DNA of 54,048 nucleotides from a virus. Lineage: Duplodnaviria; Caudoviricetes. The translations under genes were made by a program, and so were the position numbers. A model generated the notes under the pieces. The model was not told the DNA's origin and made no database searches. It was given only the letters and a program-made list of their open reading frames with translations. This document shows positions 45,979 to 54,048 of the stretch, in pieces. The stretch covers positions 1 to 54,048 of IMG/VR virus record IMGVR_UViG_3300018719_000034. One strand, 5' to 3'. Within the stretch, counting starts at the first letter, position 1, and the number at the start of each line of letters is the position of its first letter.

Positions 45979-46467
45979 ATGGCACAGCAGGCAATCACTC
46001 CCCGCCCAACCCGCCGCTCTCCCGAAGTGCTTCGCGCTGCCGCTGAGGCCATGGCGCCCGAAGTGGCCCAATGGTGCGAAGAGCCGGTTAGCGAAGAGAT
46101 CATCTCGGGGCTCGAAAAAGCTCTCCGCTATGACCAGGATGGGTACGAGTTGGCTCAAGCGCTTGAGCGAGCTTGGGGTATCTCGCCTGACGCGGAACTG
46201 GTCGAAATTCTCGATAGTGCGTGGTCCCACCTTTGGGATGCGGAGCGCAAAGCCGTCTGCGATTGGGTGAAGGCGAACGGTATCAGCCTTGACCTCGATC
46301 TTGAGACGATGGTCGAGACACCGGGTGGCGTCGGCCCGATCCGCGCCAGGAATGAAGCAGAGGCAACATACACGGTCTTCCTTGAGGACCATGGCAAGGA
46401 CAAGCCCGGCACGTACATCGGCAGCATCTATGTCGCTGAGAAGTGCAAGGCCGTGGAGGTTGTGTGA
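45979..46467 (+). CDS. hypothetical protein
   Basis: 162-aa ORF in the early-left operon. Confidence 0.65.
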   Translation: MAQQAITPRPTRRSPEVLRAAAEAMAPEVAQWCEEPVSEEIISGLEKALRYDQDGYELAQALERAWGISPDAELVEILDSAWSHLWDAERKAVCDWVKANGISLDLDLETMVETPGGVGPIRARNEAEATYTVFLEDHGKDKPGTYIGSIYVAEKCKAVEVV

Positions 46468-46685
46468 TGTTCCACTTCCCACGCCGCTCTCTCTCCCGCT
46501 TCGACTTCGACATGGCTCTTCGCGACATGAAGAACAGCCGCGAAGCCGAGAAGCTCCTTGCCGCCGAGACGCTCCAGGCCATCAAGGACGCAGACATGAC
46601 CCTTGGCGTTCTTGGCGTTGGTAAAGCCGACGATCTGCGCCGCCGTCTCTATGACCTGACCTGCAAGCTGGAGGCGCGTCGATGA
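46467..46685 (+). CDS. hypothetical protein
   Basis: TGATG overlap, GGAGG RBS. Confidence 0.6.
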   Translation: MFHFPRRSLSRFDFDMALRDMKNSREAEKLLAAETLQAIKDADMTLGVLGVGKADDLRRRLYDLTCKLEARR

Positions 46686-46999
46686 GCAAGCATACTCCTG
46701 GGCCGTGGGCGGTAGAGTTCAACAGCTATGGGACCGCGTTCGTATACGGCGGCCCTGCTACTGAACAGACATCATCTACAGGCGTGAAGTACCGCGCCAT
46801 TGTGTGCGGAGGCGACAACCCCGCCACTCTTAAGAGGGACGACGCCCGTCTTATCGCCGCCGCTCCTGAGATGCTGCAGGCGCTGAAATGGGCAGAAGAG
46901 CACGCCGCCGAAAGCGAAGCCGGACGTGACGATGCTTGGTACCAGAACCTTGCGAAGCTGGAAGCAGTCATCGCCAAAGCGGAGGGCCGCAATGTCTAA
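46682..46999 (+). CDS. phage protein (HTPGPW...ARLIAAAPE family)
   Basis: MSKHTPGPW, DARLIAAAPEML..L, IAKAEG. Confidence 0.8.
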   Translation: MSKHTPGPWAVEFNSYGTAFVYGGPATEQTSSTGVKYRAIVCGGDNPATLKRDDARLIAAAPEMLQALKWAEEHAAESEAGRDDAWYQNLAKLEAVIAKAEGRNV

Positions 47000-47225
47000 C
47001 GTCATTCGCCCCCGCCCTCGCCTTCGCGCCCTCCCCTTGATCACCTCTGAGCAGATCGCCGTCAGGGATGCTCTGGCAGAGGACGACAAGCCCGCCTGCT
47101 CCGCATGTGCTGACCGTGGGGTGATCTTCTTCCAGACGGCATACGGCCCGAGCTACCGCCCCTGCCCTTGCGGCGGGACTGATGCGGATCGGGTGGAACT
47201 GCCTGAATTCGATGGAGCTGCGTGA
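46992..47225 (+). CDS. small zinc-finger protein
   Basis: CSACADRG...CPC. Confidence 0.6.
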   Translation: MSNVIRPRPRLRALPLITSEQIAVRDALAEDDKPACSACADRGVIFFQTAYGPSYRPCPCGGTDADRVELPEFDGAA

Positions 47226-47497
47226 TGAGTCTGCAGCAGATTGAGCCGGATGATTTCGACATCTTCGTTGCTGGGCATGTCGGCGTTCTAAAGCGATGCC
47301 CGTTCTGTGGTTCCGACCCTCTGGTCCACAACAGCGTGCGGACGGAAGGTACCTTCAGCGGCAAGCCAGTTTACCGCAGCACCGTTTCCTGCGTGAGGAC
47401 CGATTGCATGGCCAGCGTGGGCTACAACGCCGACAACAAAGAGGACGCTCGGAAAGGCGCGATAGATCGCTGGTCTCGTCGGGTGGAGGCCGACTAA
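47222..47497 (+). CDS. Lar-like zinc-ribbon protein
   Basis: LKRCPFCG...C...C...AIDRWSRR. Confidence 0.7.
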   Translation: MMSLQQIEPDDFDIFVAGHVGVLKRCPFCGSDPLVHNSVRTEGTFSGKPVYRSTVSCVRTDCMASVGYNADNKEDARKGAIDRWSRRVEAD

Positions 47498-47688
47498 TGC
47501 CCCGTTTCAGCAGCCAAGAGTCCACGGTTCTCCTCGAAGTCGTCGAGACATTCGCTGGCACCACACAGGACGCCAAGATCCGCGCCTGCCTGAACAGCAT
47601 CTCCCGCAAGGTCCGCCAGTGCAGAGATCACCACGTCCGCAGAGCAACCGAACAACGGAGGGCCGGTCGTGTCGTTCAAAAGCCCTGA
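47497..47688 (+). CDS. hypothetical protein
   Basis: TAATG overlap, GGAGG RBS. Confidence 0.5.
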   Translation: MPRFSSQESTVLLEVVETFAGTTQDAKIRACLNSISRKVRQCRDHHVRRATEQRRAGRVVQKP

Positions 47689-47939
47689 GTGCCGCGCCTT
47701 CAGCCGGAAGGCTCACAATCTCGCTCTCTTCCTCTTGGGGGCAGTGACCCTCGTAGCCTTTGGCGTCCTGCTTCATTCGGTTTGGGTACTGCGTCCATGA
47801 GGCAGGTCGTCATCAATCTCCGGTGGGAAGGCCCTGAAACCAAACGGTTAGCCCGCCTGAAAGCCACCACCACCGCCCGACTCTGCAAGGAGCTTGGACG
47901 GCCGAAACCCATCCTGAAGCTGCCGAAGGACAAGCATCA

Positions 47940-48686
47940 ATGAGCAACCAATCCAACGCCGTGGCTGTCCAAGAGTCTGTCTCTGCTCCCGCCATTCCAG
48001 AGAGCGCCGCGATCATCCAGGTGATCGAGCGCGCCGCCATGAACCCAAATGTCGATATCGACAAGATGGAGAGGCTGTTGCAGATGCAGGAGCGCATCAT
48101 GGAGCGGAACGCCAAGGCTGCCTATGCGGCTGACCTCGCCCGGATGCAGCCCGATCTCCCGATCATTACCGAGCGCGGCGGCATCAAGGATCGAAGCGGC
48201 AACATTCAGAGCACCTATGCCCTCTGGGAAGACATCAACGAGGCCATCAAGCCGGTCCTCGCCAAACACGGCTTTGCCCTGAGCTTCCGCACCGGTCAGG
48301 AAGAGGGACGCATCACGGTGACGGGCGTCCTCTCCCACCGTGACGGCCACAGCGAAGAGACGACCATGCATCTGCCGATCGACACCAGCGGCAGCAAGAA
48401 CTCCGTCCAGGCGCTCGGCTCCTCCATCTCCTACGGCAAGCGGTACACCGCAGGCGCCCTGCTCAACATCACCAGCCGCGGCGAGGATGATGACGGCAAG
48501 GCAGCCGGTGGCGGTGAGACGATCACCGAAGAGCAGGCCATGACCATCCGCGAGCTAATCGAAGCTGTCGGGGCCAACGAAAAGAGATTCCTCGAATACC
48601 TGAAATCGCCAAGCGTCTCGGCTATCCCGGCCAAGGACTACGAGCGTGCTGTTGCGGCCCTCAACGCAAAGAAGGGCAAGCAATGA
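47940..48686 (+). CDS. ERF-family single-strand annealing protein
   Basis: YA.WEDI..AIKPVL..HG, H..GH.E, QALGSSISYGKRY, EDDDG. Confidence 0.9.
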   Translation: MSNQSNAVAVQESVSAPAIPESAAIIQVIERAAMNPNVDIDKMERLLQMQERIMERNAKAAYAADLARMQPDLPIITERGGIKDRSGNIQSTYALWEDINEAIKPVLAKHGFALSFRTGQEEGRITVTGVLSHRDGHSEETTMHLPIDTSGSKNSVQALGSSISYGKRYTAGALLNITSRGEDDDGKAAGGGETITEEQAMTIRELIEAVGANEKRFLEYLKSPSVSAIPAKDYERAVAALNAKKGKQ

Positions 48687-49315
48687 GCGAGATCGTTCAA
48701 GGCTCTGAAGAATGGCTCGCCATTCGCGTCGGCAAGGTTACGGCCTCCCGAGTGGCAGACGTGATTGCCAAGACGAAGAGCGGCTGGGGAGCGTCCCGAG
48801 CGAACTACATGGCAGAACTCATCGCAGAACGCCTGACCGGTGAACCTGCTGAGAAGTTCACCAGCGGGGCGATGAAGTGGGGCACGGAGATGGAGCCGGA
48901 CGCCCGCATTGCCTACGAGTTCCGGACGGATGCCGAGGTGGTTCAAGTCGGCTTCGTCCCGCATCCGGCTATTGCCATGACGGGCGCGAGCCCCGACGGC
49001 CTCGTTGGGGTGGACGGGCTAGTCGAGATCAAGTGTCCCAGCACGGCCACCCACATCGACACCCTCATCAGCCAGACTGTCCCGGGCAAGTACGTCACGC
49101 AGATGTTCTGGCAGATGGCCTGCACCGGCCGTCAGTGGTGCGACTTCGTTTCCTTCGATCCTCGCATGCCCGAGCACATGCGGCTGTTCGTGAAGCGCGT
49201 CCCTCGCGACGACGCCCGCATTGCGGAACTCGAGCGGGATGTTGCCGACTTTCTGGCCGAGCTGGATGGCAAGCTCGCTGAGCTCACCGCCCTCTATGAG
49301 AGGAAGGCTGCGTGA
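48683..49315 (+). CDS. lambda-exonuclease/YqaJ-family exonuclease
   Basis: QGSEEW..R.G.VTAS, WG..EP.AR, GASPDGLV, EIKCP, W.DFVSFDPR. Confidence 0.92.
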   Translation: MSEIVQGSEEWLAIRVGKVTASRVADVIAKTKSGWGASRANYMAELIAERLTGEPAEKFTSGAMKWGTEMEPDARIAYEFRTDAEVVQVGFVPHPAIAMTGASPDGLVGVDGLVEIKCPSTATHIDTLISQTVPGKYVTQMFWQMACTGRQWCDFVSFDPRMPEHMRLFVKRVPRDDARIAELERDVADFLAELDGKLAELTALYERKAA

Positions 49316-49830
49316 TGTCTGCCGCTCCTATTCTCTTCCAGTGGACGGGCGAGGCCATGGCACCTCACCCTCGCTTCCGGCGAGAGTGTGACGCCTCGTT
49401 CGTGGTCGGTGAGAACTACCGCCTTGCCGTTCAGGAGCACCGCTCCCAGGCCAATCACAATCATTACTTCGCGGCCATTCAGGAAGCCTGGATGAATCTG
49501 CCCGACCTCATGGCCGAGCGGTTCCCCACGACCGAGCATCTTCGCAAGTATGCGCTGATCAAGGCTGGCTATCGGGACGAACGGTCCATTGTCTGCAACT
49601 CCAAGGCCGAGGCGCAACGCATTGCCGCCTTCATTAAGCCCATGGACGAATTCGCCGTCGTGACCACTCACGAGGCCGTTGTGACGGTCTGGACGGCTAA
49701 GAGCCAATCCAAGGCCGCCATGGGTAAGCAGGTATTTCAAGAGAGCAAGAACAAGGTTCTGGATGTGCTGGCTGAGATGATCGGCGTCCAGCCTGAGACG
49801 CTCACGCGGAATGTCGGGAGGGCGGCATGA
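49315..49830 (+). CDS. recombination-module hypothetical protein
   Basis: RS..NHNHYFA, AKSQS..AMGK; follows the exonuclease. Confidence 0.7.
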   Translation: MSAAPILFQWTGEAMAPHPRFRRECDASFVVGENYRLAVQEHRSQANHNHYFAAIQEAWMNLPDLMAERFPTTEHLRKYALIKAGYRDERSIVCNSKAEAQRIAAFIKPMDEFAVVTTHEAVVTVWTAKSQSKAAMGKQVFQESKNKVLDVLAEMIGVQPETLTRNVGRAA

Positions 49831-50189
49831 CCAAGCGCAAGCACCGCTCGGCCAAGGAACGCGCCCGCCTGTTCAAGCTCTTCGGCGGCAAGTGCTACCT
49901 CTGCAATGGAGCCATCGACGGCACGAAAGAGGCATGGGAGATCGAGCACGTGATCCCGCTCGCTCAGGGAGGTGACGACGAGGACAGCAACCTCCAGCTC
50001 GCCCATGCCAAGTGCCACAAGGCCAAGACGGTTCAGGATGTAGGCAACATCGCCAAGGCCAAGCGCCGGGAAGCTCGCCACACAGGGGCGGCAGTTCCGA
50101 AGCGTTCCATCCCGCAGCCTCCGAGGGCTCCCAAGCGCCCCTCCAAAGAGCTTCCGCCCCGCCGCCCCCTATTTCGCCAAGCATCGTAA
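49827..50189 (+). CDS. HNH endonuclease
   Basis: CYLC, EHVIPLAQGG, NLQLAH..CH..KT. Confidence 0.85.
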   Translation: MTKRKHRSAKERARLFKLFGGKCYLCNGAIDGTKEAWEIEHVIPLAQGGDDEDSNLQLAHAKCHKAKTVQDVGNIAKAKRREARHTGAAVPKRSIPQPPRAPKRPSKELPPRRPLFRQAS

Positions 50190-50198
50190 GGCAGACAA

Positions 50199-50549
50199 AT
50201 GACCTTAGTGAAACGATTGGAAGACGCCATTGAACATCACCGGATCATGTGCTGCGCACTGACCGTCCGAGCCATGGATCGAGAGACGAAGGGCGAAGGC
50301 ATCCGTGAAGAGCTTTCCAATGCAGACGCCAAACTCCTCGACACGATCATAGCCGCTCTATCCGAAGGAGAGATGGTGAGGGTGCCGAGAGAGCCGACTG
50401 AGGAGATGCTTATTCGTGGCAGCGAGGCAATCGACCTTGCGGAAGACGACGGACACAACGCTGACAACTGGAAGATTGAAGCGCGAGAAGCCTACCGCGC
50501 CATGATCTCCGCTTCCCCCTCTGTCAAGGAGCACGGGAATGTCGAGTGA
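50199..50549 (+). CDS. hypothetical protein
   Basis: VPREPTEEM...YRAMI motif common in phage early proteins. Confidence 0.65.
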   Translation: MTLVKRLEDAIEHHRIMCCALTVRAMDRETKGEGIREELSNADAKLLDTIIAALSEGEMVRVPREPTEEMLIRGSEAIDLAEDDGHNADNWKIEAREAYRAMISASPSVKEHGNVE

Positions 50550-52290
50550 GAAGAGAAATCAGGGCGCACCCTTCGGGTCAGGCTCTCGTCGTTCCGATCA
50601 AGCTGCTTCGCATCTTGACCCTGCGGGCCTCGATCCTTTGCGCAAGAACTCGCCGCCTACGTTGGAATGGGAGTACGTGTCCGGCGTCGGCCACGTGTCC
50701 CGCACGTCATTGACTTATTTTTTCAATGCGCCAAGCGGAGGATGGGAAGCTAGTGGGTGGAAGGGCATTCACCGCATATTTCATGCGACCAGGAAGACGT
50801 TCGAAGAGGCAAAGGCGGCAGCGCAATCGGATTATGAGAGCCGACTTGCTTCCGCCGCATGCGTCAGCGATGGCAACCGGAACGGCGAAGACCGCGATAG
50901 CGGGCTGAGTGCGAAGCATGCCAGCGCGGTGCCCAACGGGCAGACGCCCTCTCCCTCTCTTCCTGAGACTACCGGGAGTGAGGCAAAGCGCGTCTCGATC
51001 TCGAAAGAGCTATTCGATGATTTGCGGAGCGTTCTAAGCGATGCCAGCAGCGGCAATGACCCCGACGATGACCCGATAGCCGATCTTGTGAAGCGGCTGA
51101 ATGCTGAGACCGCCTCCCCCCTCCCCACCAGGACGGACTATGCGGAGGAAGCATTCATCCTCTTGACAACAGGCGACGGCGAAGGAGCGGAACTTGTTCT
51201 TGGCCGAGACACGCTGCGTCAGAAGACCCGCGAGTGTCTTTGGTGCGGGGACGAGCCGGATAATGAACTTGAGGACTACATCCAGCGCATTCTTAGTATC
51301 GTCTCAGACCCAGATCATCCCGAATGGCAAGAATATGGGAAAACGCCTCGTCTCGTATTCAGCTTCGAGGATGGCGGCATTGAAATCATCAAGGTTCAGG
51401 TTTCCCAAGCCCTCCTCACCCTCCAGCAGGACCGGGACGAGGCCAAGTGCCATAATTCCAAAATGACCGTTCTGGCATTTCGTCATGCAGTAACCGTAGC
51501 TCGGCAACTGAAAGAAATCGCCACCCTCCAGCAGGAGAACGAGAAGCTGAAAGCCGAGATTGCGTCCGGCTCGTGGTTCAAAGAGGCGGACATCGATGCT
51601 CTCCTGCGGAGGATCACGGAACTGGAGAAGGAACGGGACGAGTGGAAGCGTCTTTGCGACGAGGGCGGCAAGGTCGAAGTCTATTGGAGCAATCGCGCCG
51701 AGGCTGCGGAGGCTCAAGTCGCCACCCTCCAGCAGAAGACCGCAGGGCTTGAGGAAACCTTGCGCCGTGTCCATCCCAACCCGGCAGACTATCGCTATTG
51801 GGAAGGCCGGTATCGTGATGAAGCCGCTCGCGCCGAAGCCCTCCAGCAGGAGAACGAGAAGCTGAAGGCCGAGATGGCGTCCGGCTCGTGGTTCAAAGAG
51901 GCGGACATCGATGCTCTCCTGCGGAGGATCACGGAACTGGAGAAGGAGCGGGACGAGGCGAGGACAATCGTTGCCTGCGCGAACAACTCAGCTTTCGGCT
52001 CTCACGGGTATTTCACGGAGGCTTCAGCAGGCAGGACGCTGGCGGAAGCCATCGAGGATCTGAAAGCGGATTGCCGGATGCAGTTCGCCCGCGCCGAGAA
52101 AGCCGAAGCCGCCCTCACCGCCTCCCAGGCAGAGCGCGACCGTCTCAAGGGTGAGGTGGAGCGGAAGGACAAGGCGCTAGAGGAGATTGCCGCCCTTGAT
52201 TATCGGTATGCGGCCACGAACGGGTGCGCTTCCAAGGCTAACCGGATCGCCCGCACCGCCCTCTCCTCAAAGGCAGGAGACGGGGAATGA
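50539..52290 (+). CDS. mosaic coiled-coil phage protein
   Basis: 583-aa ORF with patchwork segments and an internal duplication. Confidence 0.6.
   Translation: MSSEKRNQGAPFGSGSRRSDQAASHLDPAGLDPLRKNSPPTLEWEYVSGVGHVSRTSLTYFFNAPSGGWEASGWKGIHRIFHATRKTFEEAKAAAQSDYESRLASAACVSDGNRNGEDRDSGLSAKHASAVPNGQTPSPSLPETTGSEAKRVSISKELFDDLRSVLSDASSGNDPDDDPIADLVKRLNAETASPLPTRTDYAEEAFILLTTGDGEGAELVLGRDTLRQKTRECLWCGDEPDNELEDYIQRILSIVSDPDHPEWQEYGKTPRLVFSFEDGGIEIIKVQVSQALLTLQQDRDEAKCHNSKMTVLAFRHAVTVARQLKEIATLQQENEKLKAEIASGSWFKEADIDALLRRITELEKERDEWKRLCDEGGKVEVYWSNRAEAAEAQVATLQQKTAGLEETLRRVHPNPADYRYWEGRYRDEAARAEALQQENEKLKAEMASGSWFKEADIDALLRRITELEKERDEARTIVACANNSAFGSHGYFTEASAGRTLAEAIEDLKADCRMQFARAEKAEAALTASQAERDRLKGEVERKDKALEEIAALDYRYAATNGCASKANRIARTALSSKAGDGE
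51526..51957 (+). repeat. 117-bp in-frame direct repeat (51526-51642 and 51841-51957)
   Basis: Three mismatches by eye, all at third codon positions. Confidence 0.9.
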
Positions 52291-52649
52291 GCCAGCCCGT
52301 TCGCGTTCAGCTATCCCGTCGCAAGGGCTGGAGGATGCCAGAGAACACCGTGAAGGTGACGCGGCCTGGACCATGGGGGAACATGTTCGTGGTCTCGACC
52401 AAGGTGAGGCCAGGGGCAGGTGTCGGCGGACACTATATCGCCGTGCCAACTGTCGAAGATGCGGTCGAATGCTTCCGGCTGCTCATGGAAGAGCGGCCAG
52501 ACTTGTCCGACGCCGCACGCGAAAGGCTCCGAGGCAAGAACCTCGCCTGCTGGTGCCGCCTCGATCAGCCCTGCCATGCTGACGTGCTGCTTGAGATTGC
52601 GAACCGTCCGGTTTGCGAGGCAGTTTCCCCCTCTCCCTCACAGGTCTAA
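52287..52649 (+). CDS. DUF4326-family protein
   Basis: RPGPWGN.F, LRGKNLACWC...PCHADVL. Confidence 0.85.
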   Translation: MSQPVRVQLSRRKGWRMPENTVKVTRPGPWGNMFVVSTKVRPGAGVGGHYIAVPTVEDAVECFRLLMEERPDLSDAARERLRGKNLACWCRLDQPCHADVLLEIANRPVCEAVSPSPSQV

Positions 52650-52741
52650 CCCATGGAACGCAACCCATTGAAGGACAAGCTTCGGGCTGAAGACCGGGAA
52701 GGCTTTCGGCTCGTTACTACGCTCACTCAGATAGGTGGAAG

Positions 52742-53122
52742 ATGAGCAATCTCCTGACCCTTGCAGAGGCGGCCGAAGCGCTCAGGATGTCCGAGCGCAC
52801 CTTGCGCGAACACGTGAGACAAGGTGACATTGCCTACATCGCCATCGGGCGCGGGGCCCAGCGACGGCGCCGCATGTTTGACCCGGCAGACCTCGACGCC
52901 TTCAAAAACCGGCAGCGGAGAACCGACCTTTGTCCGTCTACAAGCACAAGAAATCGCCTTTCTACCACTACGACTTCCAATACAAAGGTCAGCGTCTTAC
53001 CGGTTCGACCGAATGCACGAACAGGCGGGACGCCGAGAGGAAGTTCCGTGAGGAAATCCGGCCCGCGCGCCGCGCGGAAGTGGATCAAGCCGTCCGAGAC
53101 TCCTCCCCCGGCAAACCCATGA
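52742..53122 (+). CDS. xis: excisionase-like HTH protein (3' part overlaps the integrase)
   Basis: LLTLAEAAEALRMSERTLR...DLDAF; directly upstream of the integrase. Confidence 0.8.
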   Translation: MSNLLTLAEAAEALRMSERTLREHVRQGDIAYIAIGRGAQRRRRMFDPADLDAFKNRQRRTDLCPSTSTRNRLSTTTTSNTKVSVLPVRPNARTGGTPRGSSVRKSGPRAARKWIKPSETPPPANP

Positions 53123-54048
53123 GCTGGGGCGAGGCCCGTGACCGGTATTGGGCAGAGGTGGGCCAGCACCATGCGGGCGAAGGTGCCGCCAACACTCAGC
53201 GGGCTCTAGAATGGCTGGACACCCACATCGGGCGCGGGACGCTCCTCCGGGATATCGGTAACGGTAAGGTGGCTGAGATCGTGGCCAAACGGCGCGGCGA
53301 CGGTGTGGCGCCGGCCACCGTCAATCGGTCCGCAACGGAGCCCCTGCGCAAGGTCATGCTACGGGCCCGGGATATCTGGGAACAGCAGATCCAGGCGATC
53401 CGCTGGAAAGAGCATCTCCTGCCAGAGCCGGAAGAACGGGTACGGGAACTGACGCAGGAGGAGGAACAGCGGCTGTTGGAGAACATTCGCCCCGACTACT
53501 TGCCCCTCTTCCTGTTCTCGTTGGCCAGCGGCGTCCGTCTGGGTGGCTGCCTGGCCCTGCGCTGGCAGGACATCGACTGGGGCGGCCGCGAGGTCCACAT
53601 CAAGGGCAAGGGCGGCAAGAACTACAAGATCCCGCTCTCCGTCACTATGCGCGAAATCCTGTGGCCGCTGCGGGCCCATCACCCGGAGGCCGTCTTCACC
53701 TACGTGGTGCAGCGGACGCGCGGGAAGCGGATACGGGGCACTTGCCTCCCGATCACGGCCTCGGGGCTCAAAACGGAATGGCGAAGGGCCCGTGAGGCCG
53801 CAGGACTGCCCAGCACGGGCGAGGATTGGGAAAGAGGCTATCGCTGGCACGACAATCGCCATACGCGGGCCACGCGACTTCTACGTCAGAACGGCAACCT
53901 GAAAATGGTGCAAAGGCTGTTGGGCCACCGCAAGATCGAGACGACGGTGAAGTACGCGCACGTTACAATGGATGACCTTCGGGATGCTCTCGACACAGAG
54001 TCCCGAACTCGTCCACAAAACCACGGAGGTCAAAAGCGCCTAAGATGA
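52930..54048 (+). CDS. int: tyrosine integrase
   Basis: SGVR, KGK, HDNRHT, LLGH and KYAH catalytic residues intact. Confidence 0.95.
   Translation: MSVYKHKKSPFYHYDFQYKGQRLTGSTECTNRRDAERKFREEIRPARRAEVDQAVRDSSPGKPMSWGEARDRYWAEVGQHHAGEGAANTQRALEWLDTHIGRGTLLRDIGNGKVAEIVAKRRGDGVAPATVNRSATEPLRKVMLRARDIWEQQIQAIRWKEHLLPEPEERVRELTQEEEQRLLENIRPDYLPLFLFSLASGVRLGGCLALRWQDIDWGGREVHIKGKGGKNYKIPLSVTMREILWPLRAHHPEAVFTYVVQRTRGKRIRGTCLPITASGLKTEWRRAREAAGLPSTGEDWERGYRWHDNRHTRATRLLRQNGNLKMVQRLLGHRKIETTVKYAHVTMDDLRDALDTESRTRPQNHGGQKRLR

Larger units (their letters stand above)
4242..54048. mobile_element. temperate siphovirus prophage (HK97-type head, lambda-like tail); right att outside window
   Basis: Complete set of phage modules from the tRNA to the integrase; left boundary inferred from the tRNA position. 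Confidence 0.93.

Noticed and set aside
51526-51957. Diversity-generating retroelement TR/VR pair
   Set aside because: No reverse transcriptase in the window; only three third-position differences; both copies lie in one ORF

Overview
Almost the whole window (about 4.2 kb to the right edge) is an apparently intact temperate siphovirus prophage. The host is inferred to be an alphaproteobacterium from a GapR homologue, GAAC-N7-GAAC LexA boxes and a CtrA box. The prophage starts at a complete tRNA-Pro(GGG) (4242-4319, minus) and ends with a tyrosine integrase at the window edge; the right att site is outside the window. It has HK97-type head genes, lambda-like tail genes, lysis genes, a CI/Cro switch, replication and methylase genes, an ERF/exonuclease recombination module, and morons (HigBA, UmuDC, O-acetyltransferase). 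The first 4.2 kb is older island debris: an IS3 remnant, an integrase remnant and a C5-epimerase-like gene. The most striking feature is a cassette at 34857-36643, inserted between the late antiterminator and the late promoter. It holds a divergent XRE regulator, a stand-alone Cas7/RAMP-like gene, an accessory gene and a 255-nt non-coding array of GGY-NN pentamers punctuated by GGCA. This is a candidate non-CRISPR RNA-guided system. Other items worth checking: an array of hairpins with mutually complementary 7-nt loops (11329-11612), a C4-like antisense RNA in front of a GIY-YIG endonuclease, and an overlapping beta-subunit ORF inside the C5 methylase. All product calls come from motif recognition by eye; no database searches were run.
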